Shown: positions 1 to 13,937, counted from the whole stretch's first letter. The stretch: DNA of 61,499 nucleotides, filler included, from Choristocarpus tenellus KU-1152 (GCA_964200185.2; 15 parts of 15 records of this genome joined end to end with filler, not necessarily neighbours in it), one strand, 5' to 3'. Translations and numbers: made by a program. Notes: generated by a model not told the origin, from the letters alone.

Positions 1-3000
1 CTTCGACGCCATAAGAGCCCCTGAATGAAGAGCAGGCAGGAGCAAGCGCGTGGGTCCGGCATGTGTCAAATTTGACAGTGACATCACACAAGTAGTTATC
101 GTTGGGATTCATGAAATCGCATACCACTAATATTATAATAGTACAACGAGTGTGGAACACAAGGCAAATAACAAATGCAAAAATGCAAACAATAGGAAAT
201 TCTGTAATAGAAGGAAAGACGACAAAAATAATGTAGTGAAGACAAGTAACACCAGCATGCGATTCGCGGACAATGAAACAAAGAACTACGAAGGACCTGG
301 GGGAAAGAGCAAGAGACACAAAAGGAAATAGAAGGTACGAAGAACATGAACAACATGGGGAAAGTGAAAAAGAAAGACACACGACATAATCCGCATCTCC
401 TGAACGGCCGCACAATATTCGATGGGCACACGGACGGACTGATAACGACCATGGTGGATTGCAATAGTCTCCCGTGTAGTCAGTGTGCTTGCGCAGCCCA
501 CGGGTGGGGCACAAATAACGCGATGGTACCCTGATGATGTATCTTCACCTGCAAGCACTTAACCACCTGGCGCAAGTGTGTGTTGGTCGCCTCTTCGTCG
601 TTGACGAGTCTTGGCTCGGCGGCAATGGACACTATGGCGAGCTTTGGCGCGTTGTGGAAGGCGAACTCTTTCAGACCGTCTAAGGGTATCGTAGGGTCAA
701 GAGGGTGAAGGTCATGTGGTGCAGTGTTCTCACTCCTGGTTGGACATCATGACACACGACACAGTACACAGACAGCACGACAAGAAGGACAGCATCGTAA
801 GCAACGGTGCAGGCAATCTTATCATTAAGTGAGGTCCTGACAATACTTCCCGGCATCCCCAAAATTTCAAGCTGTACCCTCCACAACGCCAGACCCATCA
901 GATACATCTCGTGGAAGGAGGGGAGATGTCAAAACATTAAGTTCCATGACCCATGGAAACCTCCAAAAAAACGTCACACCCAACACACAAAGGACGAGCA
1001 ATCCACATGATGTACAAGCAGCCAAGACCCACGTGCAAACCAACGCAAAACCGAACACGCAGAGACGACTTGTATGTCCGTATAATGTGCAACCACACCG
1101 AGACCCACATGCACTTCTCTATGTCCGCCGTTTCGCTGCTTGAGGGGGGACGTAAAAGGCTTTGCCTGCTGGGTGACCTGCCCGCGCTCCTTGCATGACC
1201 CTTACCCTTACCCTTGCCCCTACCCCGACCCGCTGCTTTGTTCCCCACCGATCCAGACCCTTCACTGCCCTCCTGTGCCATGGGGCAATTGATACATAAT
1301 CGATCCTTGTGCCTCTTGTCACCCACAATCTCCACGTAGGCCCATGTGCGTGATGGAGCACTCTGGGCATGAATACCTGTCGCGTGTGGCATCGAACGAG
1401 AGCATCAAACAGACAGGAAAATATTTTTCCAAATCAATAATTGGGCACAACAACACAACGCGAGGATCCACGGCTACGAAGGACCATGAAATTGGCGGCG
1501 CAAAACAGTACGAAGTAGTATAGGTGAGATACAACAGTCGGTGATGTACATGCATTAACACACAATCGGGTTGTGGCAAATAAAGAGACGTGGGGGTAGC
1601 GACCGCAGCGCCACACACAGAGGGACCCCGCAAGATTCACCGGTTCAATGGCGTGCACCGCTGAAAAGAGACAACCTAGTTAGCCGTTGAGGGGATTGGA
1701 TGAAAACGAATCTTACGCCATTAACTACCCGCCATCCCTGTGTGCACCATTACAACTACATTACTTACCGAGACGTAGGTGGAGGATTGCATTCAGTACA
1801 GCAAACACAGCGCATTTCACCCTCCATGGCCGTTTTATTTTTCTTCCGCATCAGGAATGCTGCCGACAGAACCCCCTTCGCCCGTATCCTCCCTGTCTGG
1901 CAGTCCGTCCCCTCCCTCGTCTTCGTCCCCTCCTTTGTGTTCGTCCCCTCCCTTGTCTCCGTCCCCTCCTTTGTGTTCACACCCTCCCTCGTCTTCTTTC
2001 TCAAAGCCATCTGATGCAGATCCGTTGTTGCTCTTGACGTCTGTGCCGCTGCCATCACCACCCTGCCCGCTGTGAACCTGGTGGAGGTTGACCTGGTTGA
2101 GGACATCCTGGTATTTCCCATCCCAGGTGTTGAGGTAAGCGCGTAGAGTCGAGTCCTTCTAGAGAATCTGGTGGTGGACACGGCGGAGGACGTTGTTGAG
2201 GAGAGGAGGGGACGATGGTGACGTCAAAAATGGGAGAGTGTAATGGAAGACGATAGCATGTCAATCGAACAGAGCAAACGATACGGCTGATGTGGTAACG
2301 TGTTTAATGGAGGCGGCTTGCAGGGCGAAATAGTTTGAAAGAAGTCAATGTCGAGGATACCAGCCCGTCTGTACGTTACAACAGTGACACATGTTGGAGG
2401 CAGAAACGAGGTGGAGATTGACCAAGATCGTTGCCTAGGGTTGAAGGTAACATTTGGCTATTCCCGCTATTAGCAACGAAAGCCTAGATCTGACAAAACA
2501 GCATCGTTTGTTGTAGGGAAGGCAACTCTGTCGCTCATGATGATGACAAAGACCCACCACAAATCCTACCAAGCGTCAACTAATTGTTTTTGTACAAGTC
2601 AGCACAAATGTAATTACGAACACAGGAGGCACACTGACGGCTCTGACCCGTTGCAGAGGTTAGATTCTGACTACCGTGGAGATGTTTGCCCTCAGCTGCC
2701 GGACGGGCCCCGCTTGTTGGTCACCAGATGAAACCTTCTGCAGAAGTTGGACCACCTCCCTCTTACTCTTCTTGTGGTGGGGCTTGACCCAGACCTCATG
2801 CATATTGCACTTCTTATATGCGAGCCTGTCCATTTCCCTGGCAGCCCATGCATCATTCTCGTAAAGTCCCAAATTCAGAGCAGTTTTGCAACAACCAATA
2901 AGTGTGGTGCCGAAAAAGACGCTGACAGCATATTTTACAATTGAGGGGCGCATGGCGACGTATGGGTGCACAGGAGATACGGAGAAGGCAAAAAAAGAGA

Positions 3001-4620
3001 ACCGCTGCAACTGCACCATTTACTAACCTTTGGAGCTCTGGTGTCCACTTCTCCTTGGGTACAATCTGCCTGGTGTGCGAGACAAGCATCTCAGACACGT
3101 GCGCGTCCGATTCAATCTCCTTGTAGTCCCTCACCGTAGGAACCTTCCCGTTGAACGACTTGTACCTGCAAAAAGAGAATGGCCATGAAGGACGTCAACG
3201 AGAACAATGTGCAGGTAATGATGAGGAAAGGGTCGCCACTGCAAAAAATATTCATGGAACGATTCTCATAGTTCAGAAAAGACAAGAGCGCACATACACA
3301 GGAAACACACACTGCAGGTAGTATTTCCACAGTACTACAAACGGTTCTTCGTTCGACACAACAATGGCTGACTACATTCTTCATCATAGGAGACACTTAT
3401 TGAATGTTCCTATGCAATGTGCTGCGACCTGCACACATTGCGCTTACTGCTGTCTACACGATAAAACACAGTGGCGGTTTGACTTGCCTAGCAAGGGATA
3501 GCAATGGATGCATAGCCCCTGCTTGAGATAAGTGAAGCCGGCAAAACTCCTCGCGACTCAGATAGTTCAGTGTGACTGTGTTGCGGTTGACCTGTGGTGA
3601 CGAGGTCTCACACACTTCCTTCAGTACCTCGAAGGACTCAGGTCAAAGGGACTTTACACCTTGCTGCCAGTTTCGTAGAGTTGTTTTCGCCGGGGGAGGA
3701 ACGCCTACCTTCGCGATGGGCAGAAAACGAAAAATATTATGCACCCAGTCAGCCAGGATGAGGCATCATTATTACCACGCCAACGGGGTATGTATGAGTG
3801 TGAGGGGGGGGGGGGGGTTCAGGCAACACCATTGATAAAACAAACAAGGACGCTTTTTATTGTTCGACCGTGGTTAACCACACACACATACTACATGATC
3901 ACCCGGAAATCAAGAAATTGGTTGACAGGGTTGCTAAACGCGGGATAACAATCTCAACTTAGGTTGAATAGGAGGACACAGAGAGATTTCACAACAGCTG
4001 TAACCCAACAAGAGGAGGAGTAGAGCGCCACCATCCCACCAACGTTGACAACTCCTTCACCTTTTTGTACATTTTGCAGATCTCTGCTAGTGACACTTCT
4101 TTTTTCTTCGTCTGTCGCTTGATAGCTTCTTCGAGCTTGTGCTGAAAATATACCTTATCGTACAGCATGCGCTCAACCACACTCTCGGTCGCGTCGTTGA
4201 ATGCTATAAGCTTGGTGGTGCAGTGGGTGAACGAGGCAATAGGTAGGTGGGAAGCAGTCGTGGGACACACGCGGCAGGCAGTAGTGAACAACATGTTGCT
4301 GTCGACAGAAAGACCACGAGGGATAAAATAGATCAACAACGAAAAGATCATCAATGGGCTGACTGACGATGAACCAAACAAAGGAAACTCGGCAACAACT
4401 TGGTAGATCAGAAGAGTCATCAGGCGATCATGGAACAACGACAACACTCCATCACCCACCGTTGGCAATTAGCCTCCTTTCTGCTTGGTTGAACTCCATG
4501 TAGACCCGCATCATGAAAGCGTGTTTGGGATCAAACTCTCTCTTCAGCACCGTTATTCCATGGTTTCAGTCCGGTGTTCGTCCTTGAATGGCAAGGGCAG
4601 TTTCGGCGGTGAGCTGGTCC
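1..4620 (-). pseudogene. Unidentified, fragmented multi-exon coding remnants (possibly a Cys-cluster DNA-transposon gene)
   Basis: Several minus-strand protein-like segments (e.g. GITVLKREFDPKHAFMMRVYMEF, ...ERMLYDKVYFQHKLEEAIK, the frameshifted 2660-3134 pair, and Cys-rich ICAPPVGCASTL...EYC / LCDVTVKFD near 1-560) with stops or frameshifts. No diagnostic catalytic motif recognised. Confidence 0.25.
1906..1996. repeat. 18-bp minisatellite, 5 copies (CGTCCCCTCCYTYGTSTY)
   Basis: Direct tandem units with alternating variants. Reads as KTREGT/NTKEGT repeats on the minus strand. Confidence 0.9.
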
Positions 4621-4638
4621 CCGTTGCCTAAGCAGTCT

Positions 4639-4698
4639 GAGTGAAAGTATCTTAGAGGGTACGAGTTTTGCCCTTTTTGTCCATTTGGGGCTTGGCTT
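4639..4698. mobile_element. MITE family A, one end (truncated by contig end)
   Basis: GAGTGAAAGTATCTTAGAGGGTACGAGTTTTGCCC...GTCCATTTGGGG matches the terminus of the full copies. Confidence 0.9.
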
Positions 4699-4798
4699 NN
4701 NNNNNNNNNNNNNNNNNNNNNNNNNNNNNNNNNNNNNNNNNNTTAATTAATTAANNNNNNNNNNNNNNNNNNNNNNNNNNNNNNNNNNNNNNNNNNNN
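4699..4798. other. Artificial contig linker N44-TTAATTAATTAA-N44 (first of 14)
   Basis: Identical six-frame-stop 12-mer inside N runs. Others at about 8572-8671, 13838-13937, 17703-17802, 20537-20636, 24247-24346, 27219-27318, 30948-31047, 38545-38643, 41319-41418, 44829-44928, 50798-50897, 54371-54470, 57386-57485. Confidence 0.98.
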
Positions 4799-7700
4799 GG
4801 AAGGGGAAAAAAGACCTGAGCGTATCAAGAATCCAGCGGAGGGGGGGGAGGGGAAGGAGGAGGGAGATGATGTTGTTGGGGGTGAGGATGTGGTGGAAGC
4901 AGAGGTAGAGGAGGATCGGGATGGGCAAGAGGGGTTGGGATTGTCAGGGGATGGAGAAGGGAGTGAAGATGATGGGGGAGCATGAGGGGGGCAGGTGTGT
5001 GAGCGATTTGATGATGGTTTGTTGTAAGGAATTGAATGTCTTTCCATGCTAGGTAGGAACAGTTCCCGAGTGCGGCCCCAGTGACGTCAGGAGCCCTAAG
5101 CTAGCAACTGGGCTGGAGAGTACAGACATTATGCTATTTTACTTTTTAATAGAATCGAAGTCTGCAATTGTTAGAAGGTCAGTATTGTACAAGGATCAGT
5201 AGCGATCAATGGATATTGAGGTGCGCATGCTGATACTGCCTTTTGCCTTCCAAAGACTCATTTTGATATTTAGATAGACATCATGCGACTTGATGAATGG
5301 AAAGGCATGGATTGCCGTGACAGGAACATATGCCAAACTGTTTCCTGTCCTCATGGCCAATGTCTCATTTCTGCTGCTTGGTTATCTCTTCCACTCTGAA
5401 GGTATACCCCAATTCGTACTGGGTTGATGAAATTCCAATGCACCGTAGGCACAACAGTGCAAACTTAATATGTTCTTTTCATAATTTTTATATGTACTAG
5501 GTTATTCATGAATTGAGTGCAGCCTGCTTCTTAATCTGATGTTCAAGTTATGGAGCCATGGGTGTAAGGTAAGCTCTCGGGTTGTGATGCTTAGATTCTC
5601 AGCAGTGTTCATTGCAATTTACTGAACATACTCTGTGACAATTAAGAAAGTTCTCCCTAGAGGTACAGTGGCGATGTGTCTCAAGAAAAAAAACAAACTT
5701 TTGATACGATGCAGCAGATGAAGTGATTTTTCTGGAGTTTGATCGGGTCACAGTTGAATAGTGCCTTCAAAAATAAAATTATATATATATATATGGAAAT
5801 ATTGCCTCTTCTCATTCTGCATACTCATGGCCTTATCTACTTCAAGGGGAGGCCTCTAACTTGAGCTATATACATGCAACACACGTGATTTCAATTGTGT
5901 ATAGGGAATTGAAAGGTGAAACGAGGATCGTGTCAATTGCCTGGAACAAGAGGATTCCCAACCCGATCTTAGAATGCGACAACAACCCCCCCCCCTCCCC
6001 CGAAGATTTCGGGACGTATTGCTTTGTACTGAATTTCCCCCCAAATGGCGTTTTGTTCACCCAAGATGGTGCACACTGATTGGAGATGACCTCAGCCTTC
6101 CAGTTGCAATGGTATTCTGTTTCTGGTTGATCTGTCTTAGCACCATCTATCTCCAGGAATATTGACAAGTCAAGGTTAGCTTATTGAAAAGGTATCGGCC
6201 ATTTGACCACAGAGGTCAAGCCTTGGGCTCCAGAGCGAGCATATTCACGGCTAACTGTTACTTTTACAGGAATGTTTTTGATACAGGTTTGACTTTTTCT
6301 CTGACAAATCTACGAATTGCAGTGGGTGTAATAATATACGTATTCTTTTGAAGTCTGGACAAAAGTGAAAGTTTATGAATTAATCTGGTCTTGCCTCCCT
6401 TACACCTTCCAAAGAAACGCTTTGGTGGTATGCTCAACATCGTCCATCTCCAATTGGAATTTGACACGTGGTAGGGCGTTAATTGGGGCATTTGTGTTGC
6501 ATGGACCACAGCCGTAGGAAAAAAGATCTTGAGAATATATCATCATGGTGGAGGAGAAACTCCAATACTTTGTTCTAAGGCGGTGCCAAATTATCGATCA
6601 ATGTCAAAATAATAAAATAATCTGTACCTCACTATCATTATCCAATCTTTCAAAAATATTATTCGACACCAGTCACCATTCCCCCCATTCCTACCGACCT
6701 CTTTCCTCCCCTGGGTGTCTTGCACTCCATCACATTGCAGTATTCTGTCAGGACCAAGGGGTGCAAGAAACTGTCAAATATTCCCTGCTTCATGCAGTAA
6801 GGTTGTAACTGGTCTGGAAAGGACTCCTTGTATATGAATGTTTAAATTGTAAGCATACAGGTCGGCGGACGCCCGATTAATCCGAAAAATACTGGATTCC
6901 GCCGAGGAAGGATTCGGTGGTCGGCGGATCAGTACAACGGTCCGCATCTACTCTCTAACAGCACAATAATCCCACATACACCATCGACAGTCTTCTTAGT
7001 AGTATACCAATACGTAATTGAGAGCACTACTATATATATACCTTTGGAATAGAATTAGGGTTAGAGCTTCTTAAAAAAAATGTACTTACTCTGCAAACGA
7101 ATGAGTTGTTCACAAAATAACGTAAAACTTTTGACCACTTAGTTTCGTGACCGTCTGGTACGTATGCTTGGCAATATCTACGACATTCATCCAACTTTGG
7201 ACCATCTCATCCAAGATGTAAGTGTAATCATGGGAATAAACAGTCAGTGAGAGGCAAATCACCCCTCTTCAAGCATATCTTCCAGAAGCAAAGATGTTGA
7301 ACATGTGAGCTCACCCGTCATACTTCGTACCTACGTTACACAATATGAGCGGTACAGGACTTTTGTCACACCCAAGCATTTACTCGTATATTTCCAGACG
7401 GACAACCAGCAGACTCTTTTTCGTGCGCACTTGGTATATACTCACCTGAAAAGAACCAGAAAACAGGAGGATTTCTCCACCTTGGAAGGCATTTAAAAGT
7501 ATCACACATAGAACTTCAATACCCTGCAGTTTACTTCCATACGCCATACATGCTTCCATAGGTATTCAACATCTTAGTGCAGAAACTCTATTGCAAGATA
7601 CTCGCTGGCTTGGCGTGTTGAGGGTATACCTCCCACCCAATATGCACTAATACTCTACTGCACTATATATACATACATATATATATCCATTTCACTTTGT

Positions 7701-9087
7701 TGTATGTGTTGCCATCAGACCTGTCAGACTGCATGTCTCACTCTATCATTGAACCGCCCTTATCAAAATTCTCAAGATTGCTGAACCCCAACAGATACAT
7801 GAACTGCACACTTCGGAAGGGAAGTAAATACGTAAGTGACAGGGTTGGTGAAACGGTATGACCATAGTGACAGAAACCGATGATGGAATAAAGTACTGAA
7901 TTGTTCCGTCAGTGGTACATGTGTACATTGGTGGTATAACTTGTAACATCATACCAATCCCCCCAATATCTAGTCGGTAGGAATCTCCAACTTGTCCCTA
8001 AAATCAGCACAAGCCATTTTTTTTTACTATGTTCACCTCCCTGCACCACATACAGTAAAGACTCCACCTCTTACCTCACACATACAAACTACTCCAGCAC
8101 ATACAATAAAAATAATTTGTTACGAAAGTTGGATTCACTGACACCTTCGGGAGACACTGGGATAGTATTACACAATACCTTTGGCCAGGAAGTCGGAGCC
8201 TTTCGGGGAGAGGTGTTGAGGATAGACATCTCAACAAGCTACGGTGGAAGCACAATGCACGACCTGCAGGATTCCCAGATATAGCAGGAACTTCGAGAGC
8301 GTAAAACACCATCCCGTTCCTACAACAACACGGTCATCCATGTTCTAAACATAGACTAAATCTTCAAAAAGCCAACAAGCACCAAAATCTCACAATTTAG
8401 TAAAAGAAACCACCTCATACTCCCTCCCTCCCCAAGCAAAAAAAAAAAAACGTTGCCGCCCCACATCACATATCCAAGATCTGTGCCCCAACTAACCCCT
8501 CACTACAGTAGCCGTAACCCTATGGTGGTGCCACTTCAGCATCCGCTGCAGTCGCCTCCACCTGCTGAATGNNNNNNNNNNNNNNNNNNNNNNNNNNNNN
8601 NNNNNNNNNNNNNNNTTAATTAATTAANNNNNNNNNNNNNNNNNNNNNNNNNNNNNNNNNNNNNNNNNNNNGGGGGCGATGCGCGTGCGCCCTCCTCTGC
8701 CTGCCCCGGCGCGTGTTTGCCTGCCCCGTGCCTGACATCTTTGTACGTGGACACCGGCCCCTTGAAAAAAAATATAAAAAAATAACATTGATAGTGCACA
8801 TCACTTCAATTTTTTTTTTGAAAGGAGTTTTCTTTCTACAAGTTGTACTCAGGGACGATGCCTACTATATTTCAGGTATATGTATGTGTATGTATGTATG
8901 TATGTATATATATTTGTTCTGTTTCTGTAAGTTCTTTATTTTATATTTTTTGAGTTCGAAACCATGCTCCACTGCAGAGAATGCAATGTATATGTATATA
9001 TATATATATTTTTTTTTAATGCTCACACCTCACTTTTTTTCATTTTTTTCACTTATGTTTTTAAATGTTATCGGTCTTTTTAAACAG

Positions 9088-11756
9088 GGACTCTGTAAGT
9101 CTGTTCGACACCAACACTTGGGAGGCATTATTGGAATTTGCAGTGGACACGCTTGACCTCGCCTCCCTTCAGTTTTCGCCGGATGGATACACCCTGTGCC
9201 TGCAGGACACCTCTCTAGAGTGAGTCAGAAATAAGTAAATCATCATGCACTCTTTCTCTTTACTTGAAGAAGCTCTGGTAAAAAAAACGCTTTTCTAGAT
9301 TTTATGGTTCATTCCTTTTCTGTACATTAACAAAAAATAGATACAGTGTATTCTGTGTTTTCCTCATCTTTTTTTTGGGGGCTCTTTTGTTATATTTATA
9401 TATTTTTAAAAGCGTTCTGATTTTTAGTTTTTCTTGTCCTTTTTCTGTGTGTTTATTATTCATTTAGAAAAAAATGTAGTCATTTTCTGACTCTTTTGTT
9501 GTTACGTATATACCTTTAAAAGCGTTCTAATTTTCAGCTTTTTCTTTTTCTTTTTCTGTGTATTTTTTATTCTTTTATGAAAAAATGTAGTCTAACTTTT
9601 TTCCTCTTTTTTTTGTCTGCTGTGATACTGTTCTATTTGCCGCAGCTGTACCTATAAAAAAAGTCGATTCAAAATAGAACATACTGAAGATTTGAGAGAC
9701 CTTTTTTTGTCTCTTTTTTTTTCTTCGGGTACACGGAGTGTAATACTTTTTGTCTTGATTTGACCCTAACCCTAACCCTATCCCTATAACCCCTCGGTGC
9801 TGTCCCTATTGACCTGACAGAATAAAATACATTTATATGCGTAGATATATAAATATTTTCAATATTTTTGTGGTTATTTCTGTTTTGCGCTTCTTTGTCT
9901 GTGGAATGCTAACCCTAACCCTATCATTGATTTGATTAGATCATTACTTTCGTCTTGGATGTCTTTGTTCATGTTGCACTTGTGCATGTGTATGTGTGTG
10001 TGTATGTGTAATGCCGACCCTAACCCTATCCTATACCAAGATTTTTTGTTTAAAAAAAAAATGATACTGTTTAAAAATTTTTACAAAGTTGGTCGTACAC
10101 TATGAATAGTACAGCTAGCCACAATTGAAGATAGGTTCTACAAGAAGCACCATATGACCTGAACCCTAACCCTAACTCCTCATAATGTACCTTCATATTT
10201 TCTTTGAGTTGCGGAGGTGAGCAGGTGATACTTTTTTTTGTGTGATTATTTTTTTCTCTTCTGAGGTATGTATTCGTAACACATGTGTTTTCGTAGTATT
10301 AGGGATGGCGTATCGTGTGATGATTTTTTTTGTGGTATTGTTGAAAAAAAAGTTTTTGTGCTGTTGGTGTGTACACAGTTGTGTGTTTTTTTGTTGGTAT
10401 TCTGAAAAAGGACTTCTATCACCTATTGTACCACCTCTTACACCAACTCTTGTACCACATCTTCTATCACCTATTGTACCACCTCTTATATCACCTATTG
10501 TACCACATCTTCTATCAACTCTTGTACCTCTTATATCACCTCTTACACCAACTCTTGTACCACCTCTTTGTTTTTTGTTCTTGAAATAAATAACAAGCAA
10601 GTACTCGGAAGCGGTTTTCGGTGCCTTCTTTTTGTTCCTTACTGTTACCGTTTTGAAACCCTAACCCTATCCCTAGCTTCAGTATTGTAGTATTTTGTAC
10701 ACTTTTTTTTGCTGTGCCTTTGACCAATCGGATGTGTGTATTTATATATCTATTTGTGTATGTGTGCATGTAGTGTGTGTGTGTGTGTGTGTGTTAATGT
10801 ATTCTTTATTTTATCTAATTATGTGTTCCTTTGGGTGTTATGGTAGCTATCTGGAGTAACGCCTTCCTTTTTCCACTTTTTCTTGAAGAATGGACAGTTC
10901 CATAACACTATTAATTGATGTTATAGTAGTTTTTTTTTAATATGAATAGTCTATTCGATGTGGTGCTGCTCTCAGATACACTCGCTTTATTTTATTATTT
11001 TACAAGCTGTAGGGTTTAGGGGTGGCGCATTAATTAGAACCTTTTGATTCTTGATGAGTTTTGGAGATTCTCTGGTTTTAATATCGATGGAGATGTACTC
11101 GGACAGGCGAATGTTGTGATCCTTTTTTTTTTTCAATTATTGTCATTTTTTTATTTCAAGAAAGAAATTGTACGTCTCTGCAGTTATACTAACAGCAACA
11201 TGTTTGACCACACTCTCTGGTCAAAGCATCGAACCAGGTTTACTGTGTACACCAACAAACACTATCATTCTATGAATTACATGCATATATATATATATAT
11301 ATATATATTGGACAAAAATCACTCCTTATTGGCCATCTGTGTACCAATAGTACACCCCGGTACAGAAATAGGAACCCACTGGTCCCACACTGGTTCCCCA
11401 CTGGTCCCAGACCGGTCCTACAGTACTTTTCTTGTACTGGTCCCACACTAGTTGACCCTAGTCCTACACCGGTTCCATAATAATAATTCCCCCCTCTTTT
11501 TGGTGTTACCAGGTACCGGGTGCTTTTCTACTCTTTGGAGGGAGTTCTTCTAAACAGATTGGAGGCGTACTCCAATGCGCTTGGTGTAAAGTTGAGTACC
11601 TGGCCACCCTCTCCAGTGCTGGAGGTGGATAATGCTACAGAGTTGACTCCAGGGCCACTCCTTGCAATTGGCAGCTACGACCAGTGTGTAAGGATAGTGT
11701 CGCCTCTCACTTGGCGCCCAGTGGCAACTCTTCATCATACACACCCCAGATATCAG
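9088..11756 (+). CDS. WRAP73: WD-repeat protein WRAP73/WDR8, two internal exons (9088-9219, 11513-11756)
   Basis: AG/GT-bounded exons join in phase (GA|G=Glu): DSVSLFDTNTWEALLEFAVDTLDLASLQFSPDGYTLCLQDTSLE-YRVLFYSLEGVLLNRLEAYSNALGVK...LLAIGSYDQCVRIVSPLTW. Matches the WRAP73 segment 'DT.LEY...YSLDG....AY...LG.K...LA.GSYD..VR.....TW'. Confidence 0.88.
10413..10567. repeat. Degenerate 12/24-bp tandem repeat (TCACCTATTGTACCACCTCTTA-like) in the WRAP73 intron
   Basis: Repeated ATCACCTATTGTACCAC / ACCAACTCTTGTACCAC modules. Confidence 0.85.
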
Positions 11757-12743
11757 GTAAGGGGATGTTACTGTCATGTTGCTGATTGACGTTTTGTGGG
11801 AGGATAGGGAAGGGAACTTTTTTATGTATGTCTCTAAACCTGATAGGTGAGTGAAGATATATATATATATATATAATACATATACACAACTATGTATATA
11901 TAGAGTATATGTGTGACATAAGGGCACGTCAAGATTGTTATTATTATTATTATTATTATTATTTTAGAATTGATCTTGTTCATACCTTAGATTCTATCTG
12001 TTCTGCATATATAAATTAAATGAGTTGGTTGAGTACTGTTTATGAATACATACATACGTAATATATATATATGGAAGACCTAGTCTCTTCAGATATTTGA
12101 TACAAAGTTGAAGATAAGACGTTTTCAATTTTTTTTCATGATAAGAGTCGGGGGGGGTGCCTTATTTTACTTCCTTTTTTTATCATATATCTTACAATAT
12201 ATTTTGAGCATGGTATGGTCCCCTGGGCTTACCCTGTGTCCGCCCGGCGTGTTTGGGGGGGGTGGGGGGGGGGAGGGGGGGAGGGGGCACCTACCTAGCG
12301 TGTTTTTTTTTCTCTCTGAAAGTTATTATTCTTTTTCGCATTACTCTTTAATTATTATTATTATTATTATTATTATTCTGAAGTGTTATCGTTGTTACTG
12401 TATAGTGTCAGTGTGCTTTTTCTCTTTATCAATAGTTCAGTATGCTTGTGTATGTATTGTGTATATGCCTGTGTATGTATGGGTGTGTATGCATATGTAT
12501 GTGCATGTATGCATGTGTATGTATGGGTGTGTGTATTTTTTGTGGATTTGACCGTATTATACTCCAGAGTAGATAACATGACATGAGAAGAATGTCAGTA
12601 ACAGTAGTGTGACAACCCCTTTCAAATATACCTTTTTTTCAAGTAATTTTTTTTTTATGTGATTAAAAAAAAATTGAATAGGAGATGTTGTGTCAAGAAA
12701 ACCTTGCGCACTTTTGTTGCCGAATAGGAGATGGTACAAAAGT

Positions 12744-12818
12744 GAGTACATACATCTCCCATGGATGACTGATGAGAAAGAGAGTACATACATCTCCCAT
12801 GGGTGACTGATGAGAAAG
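12744..12818. repeat. 38-bp tandem duplication
   Basis: GAGTACATACATCTCCCATGGRTGACTGATGAGAAAG present twice. Confidence 0.9.
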
Positions 12819-12942
12819 TGAGGAGGCCGTTTTACCTCAAGAATTAACTCTGCGATTTCAAGGCTGTTTGATGCAATGCTGTAAAAGAGATGATGTAATG
12901 CTCCTACCAAATATCTAGTTCGCATTGGATTGATCACCATGC

Positions 12943-13134
12943 TGGATTGATTAATCTAGACACAATTGGATTGATTAATCTGAACACAATTGGATTGATT
13001 AATCTAGACACAATTGGATTGATTAATCTGGACACAATTGGATTGATTAATCTGGACACAATTGGATTGATTAATCTGGACACAATTGGATTGATTAATC
13101 TGGACACAATTGGATTGATTAATCTGGACACAAT
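12943..13134. repeat. 24-bp minisatellite, 8 copies (TGGATTGATTAATCTGGACACAAT)
   Basis: Eight head-to-tail units, the last five identical, with no spacers. Confidence 0.97.
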
Positions 13135-13453
13135 TTACACCATATTGTCCGATTGGATTATCCAATTTACACCCTCATTGTGGTCATGAACCAATCATGT
13201 TTTATGATTTTTGGACTACGTAGACAAGAAACAAAATGTCATTTTTTTTTTTTGCAAACCGAAGATTTCTGCCAACCAGAAATCTTCGGGGGGATGGGTA
13301 GATTGGTATGACCTTACAAGGTATACTACCTATGTACACATATATACCATTGATGTTATGTAATCAAAACCCATACCATCGTCGGTTTCTTTCTCAGTTA
13401 GTTATACTGTCCTGCCAACTCTTATCACTTTTGTTTTTATTTCCATCCTTATA

Positions 13454-13490
<37 letters not shown>

Positions 13491-13937
13491 ACACCCCCCA
13501 CACCTCACAAAATCAAATAAANNNNNNNNNNTTTTTTTATATTCCCTCACACTTTTATTAACTTTTTTTTTTTTTTTCATCCTTTAACCCCCCCCCCCCC
13601 CCCCCAATTCTACAATCTCCACAAAAAATGAAATATAGGTAATAAATGGTAATTTTTGTATTTAGATGTATTTATCTATACCTTTCAATGTCAATATTGT
13701 CAGCTCTTCTCATCATTGACCCTTGTAAATCGTGCCCCATAGTTGAGACTCTTTATATGCTTTTTTTGTTGGGAGGGGGGGGGGGGGAGGGTTGGGGCGC
13801 TAATTATCATTCCTGAAAAAAACAAAATATATATACTNNNNNNNNNNNNNNNNNNNNNNNNNNNNNNNNNNNNNNNNNNNNTTAATTAATTAANNNNNNN
13901 NNNNNNNNNNNNNNNNNNNNNNNNNNNNNNNNNNNNN

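Noticed and set aside
4743-4754. Recurrent TTAATTAATTAA palindrome
   Set aside because: Always centred in fixed-length N runs; it is an assembly concatenation linker.
4799-8571. Possible exons or TE fragments in contig 2
   Set aside because: One AG/GT-bounded segment (about 8180-8318, minus strand) but no consistent gene model or motif.
12943-13134. 24-bp array as a CRISPR array
   Set aside because: Units are head-to-tail with no unique spacers, there are no cas genes, and the context is eukaryotic.
10193-13189. Repetitive ORFs (LLYHLLYH, INLDTIGL, CVCVCV)
   Set aside because: Translations of minisatellites and microsatellites in introns or intergenic DNA.
13455-13500. Long poly-C/poly-G tracts as functional G-quadruplex elements
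   Set aside because: Adjacent to N gaps and contig edges; lengths are unreliable and may be sequencing artefacts.
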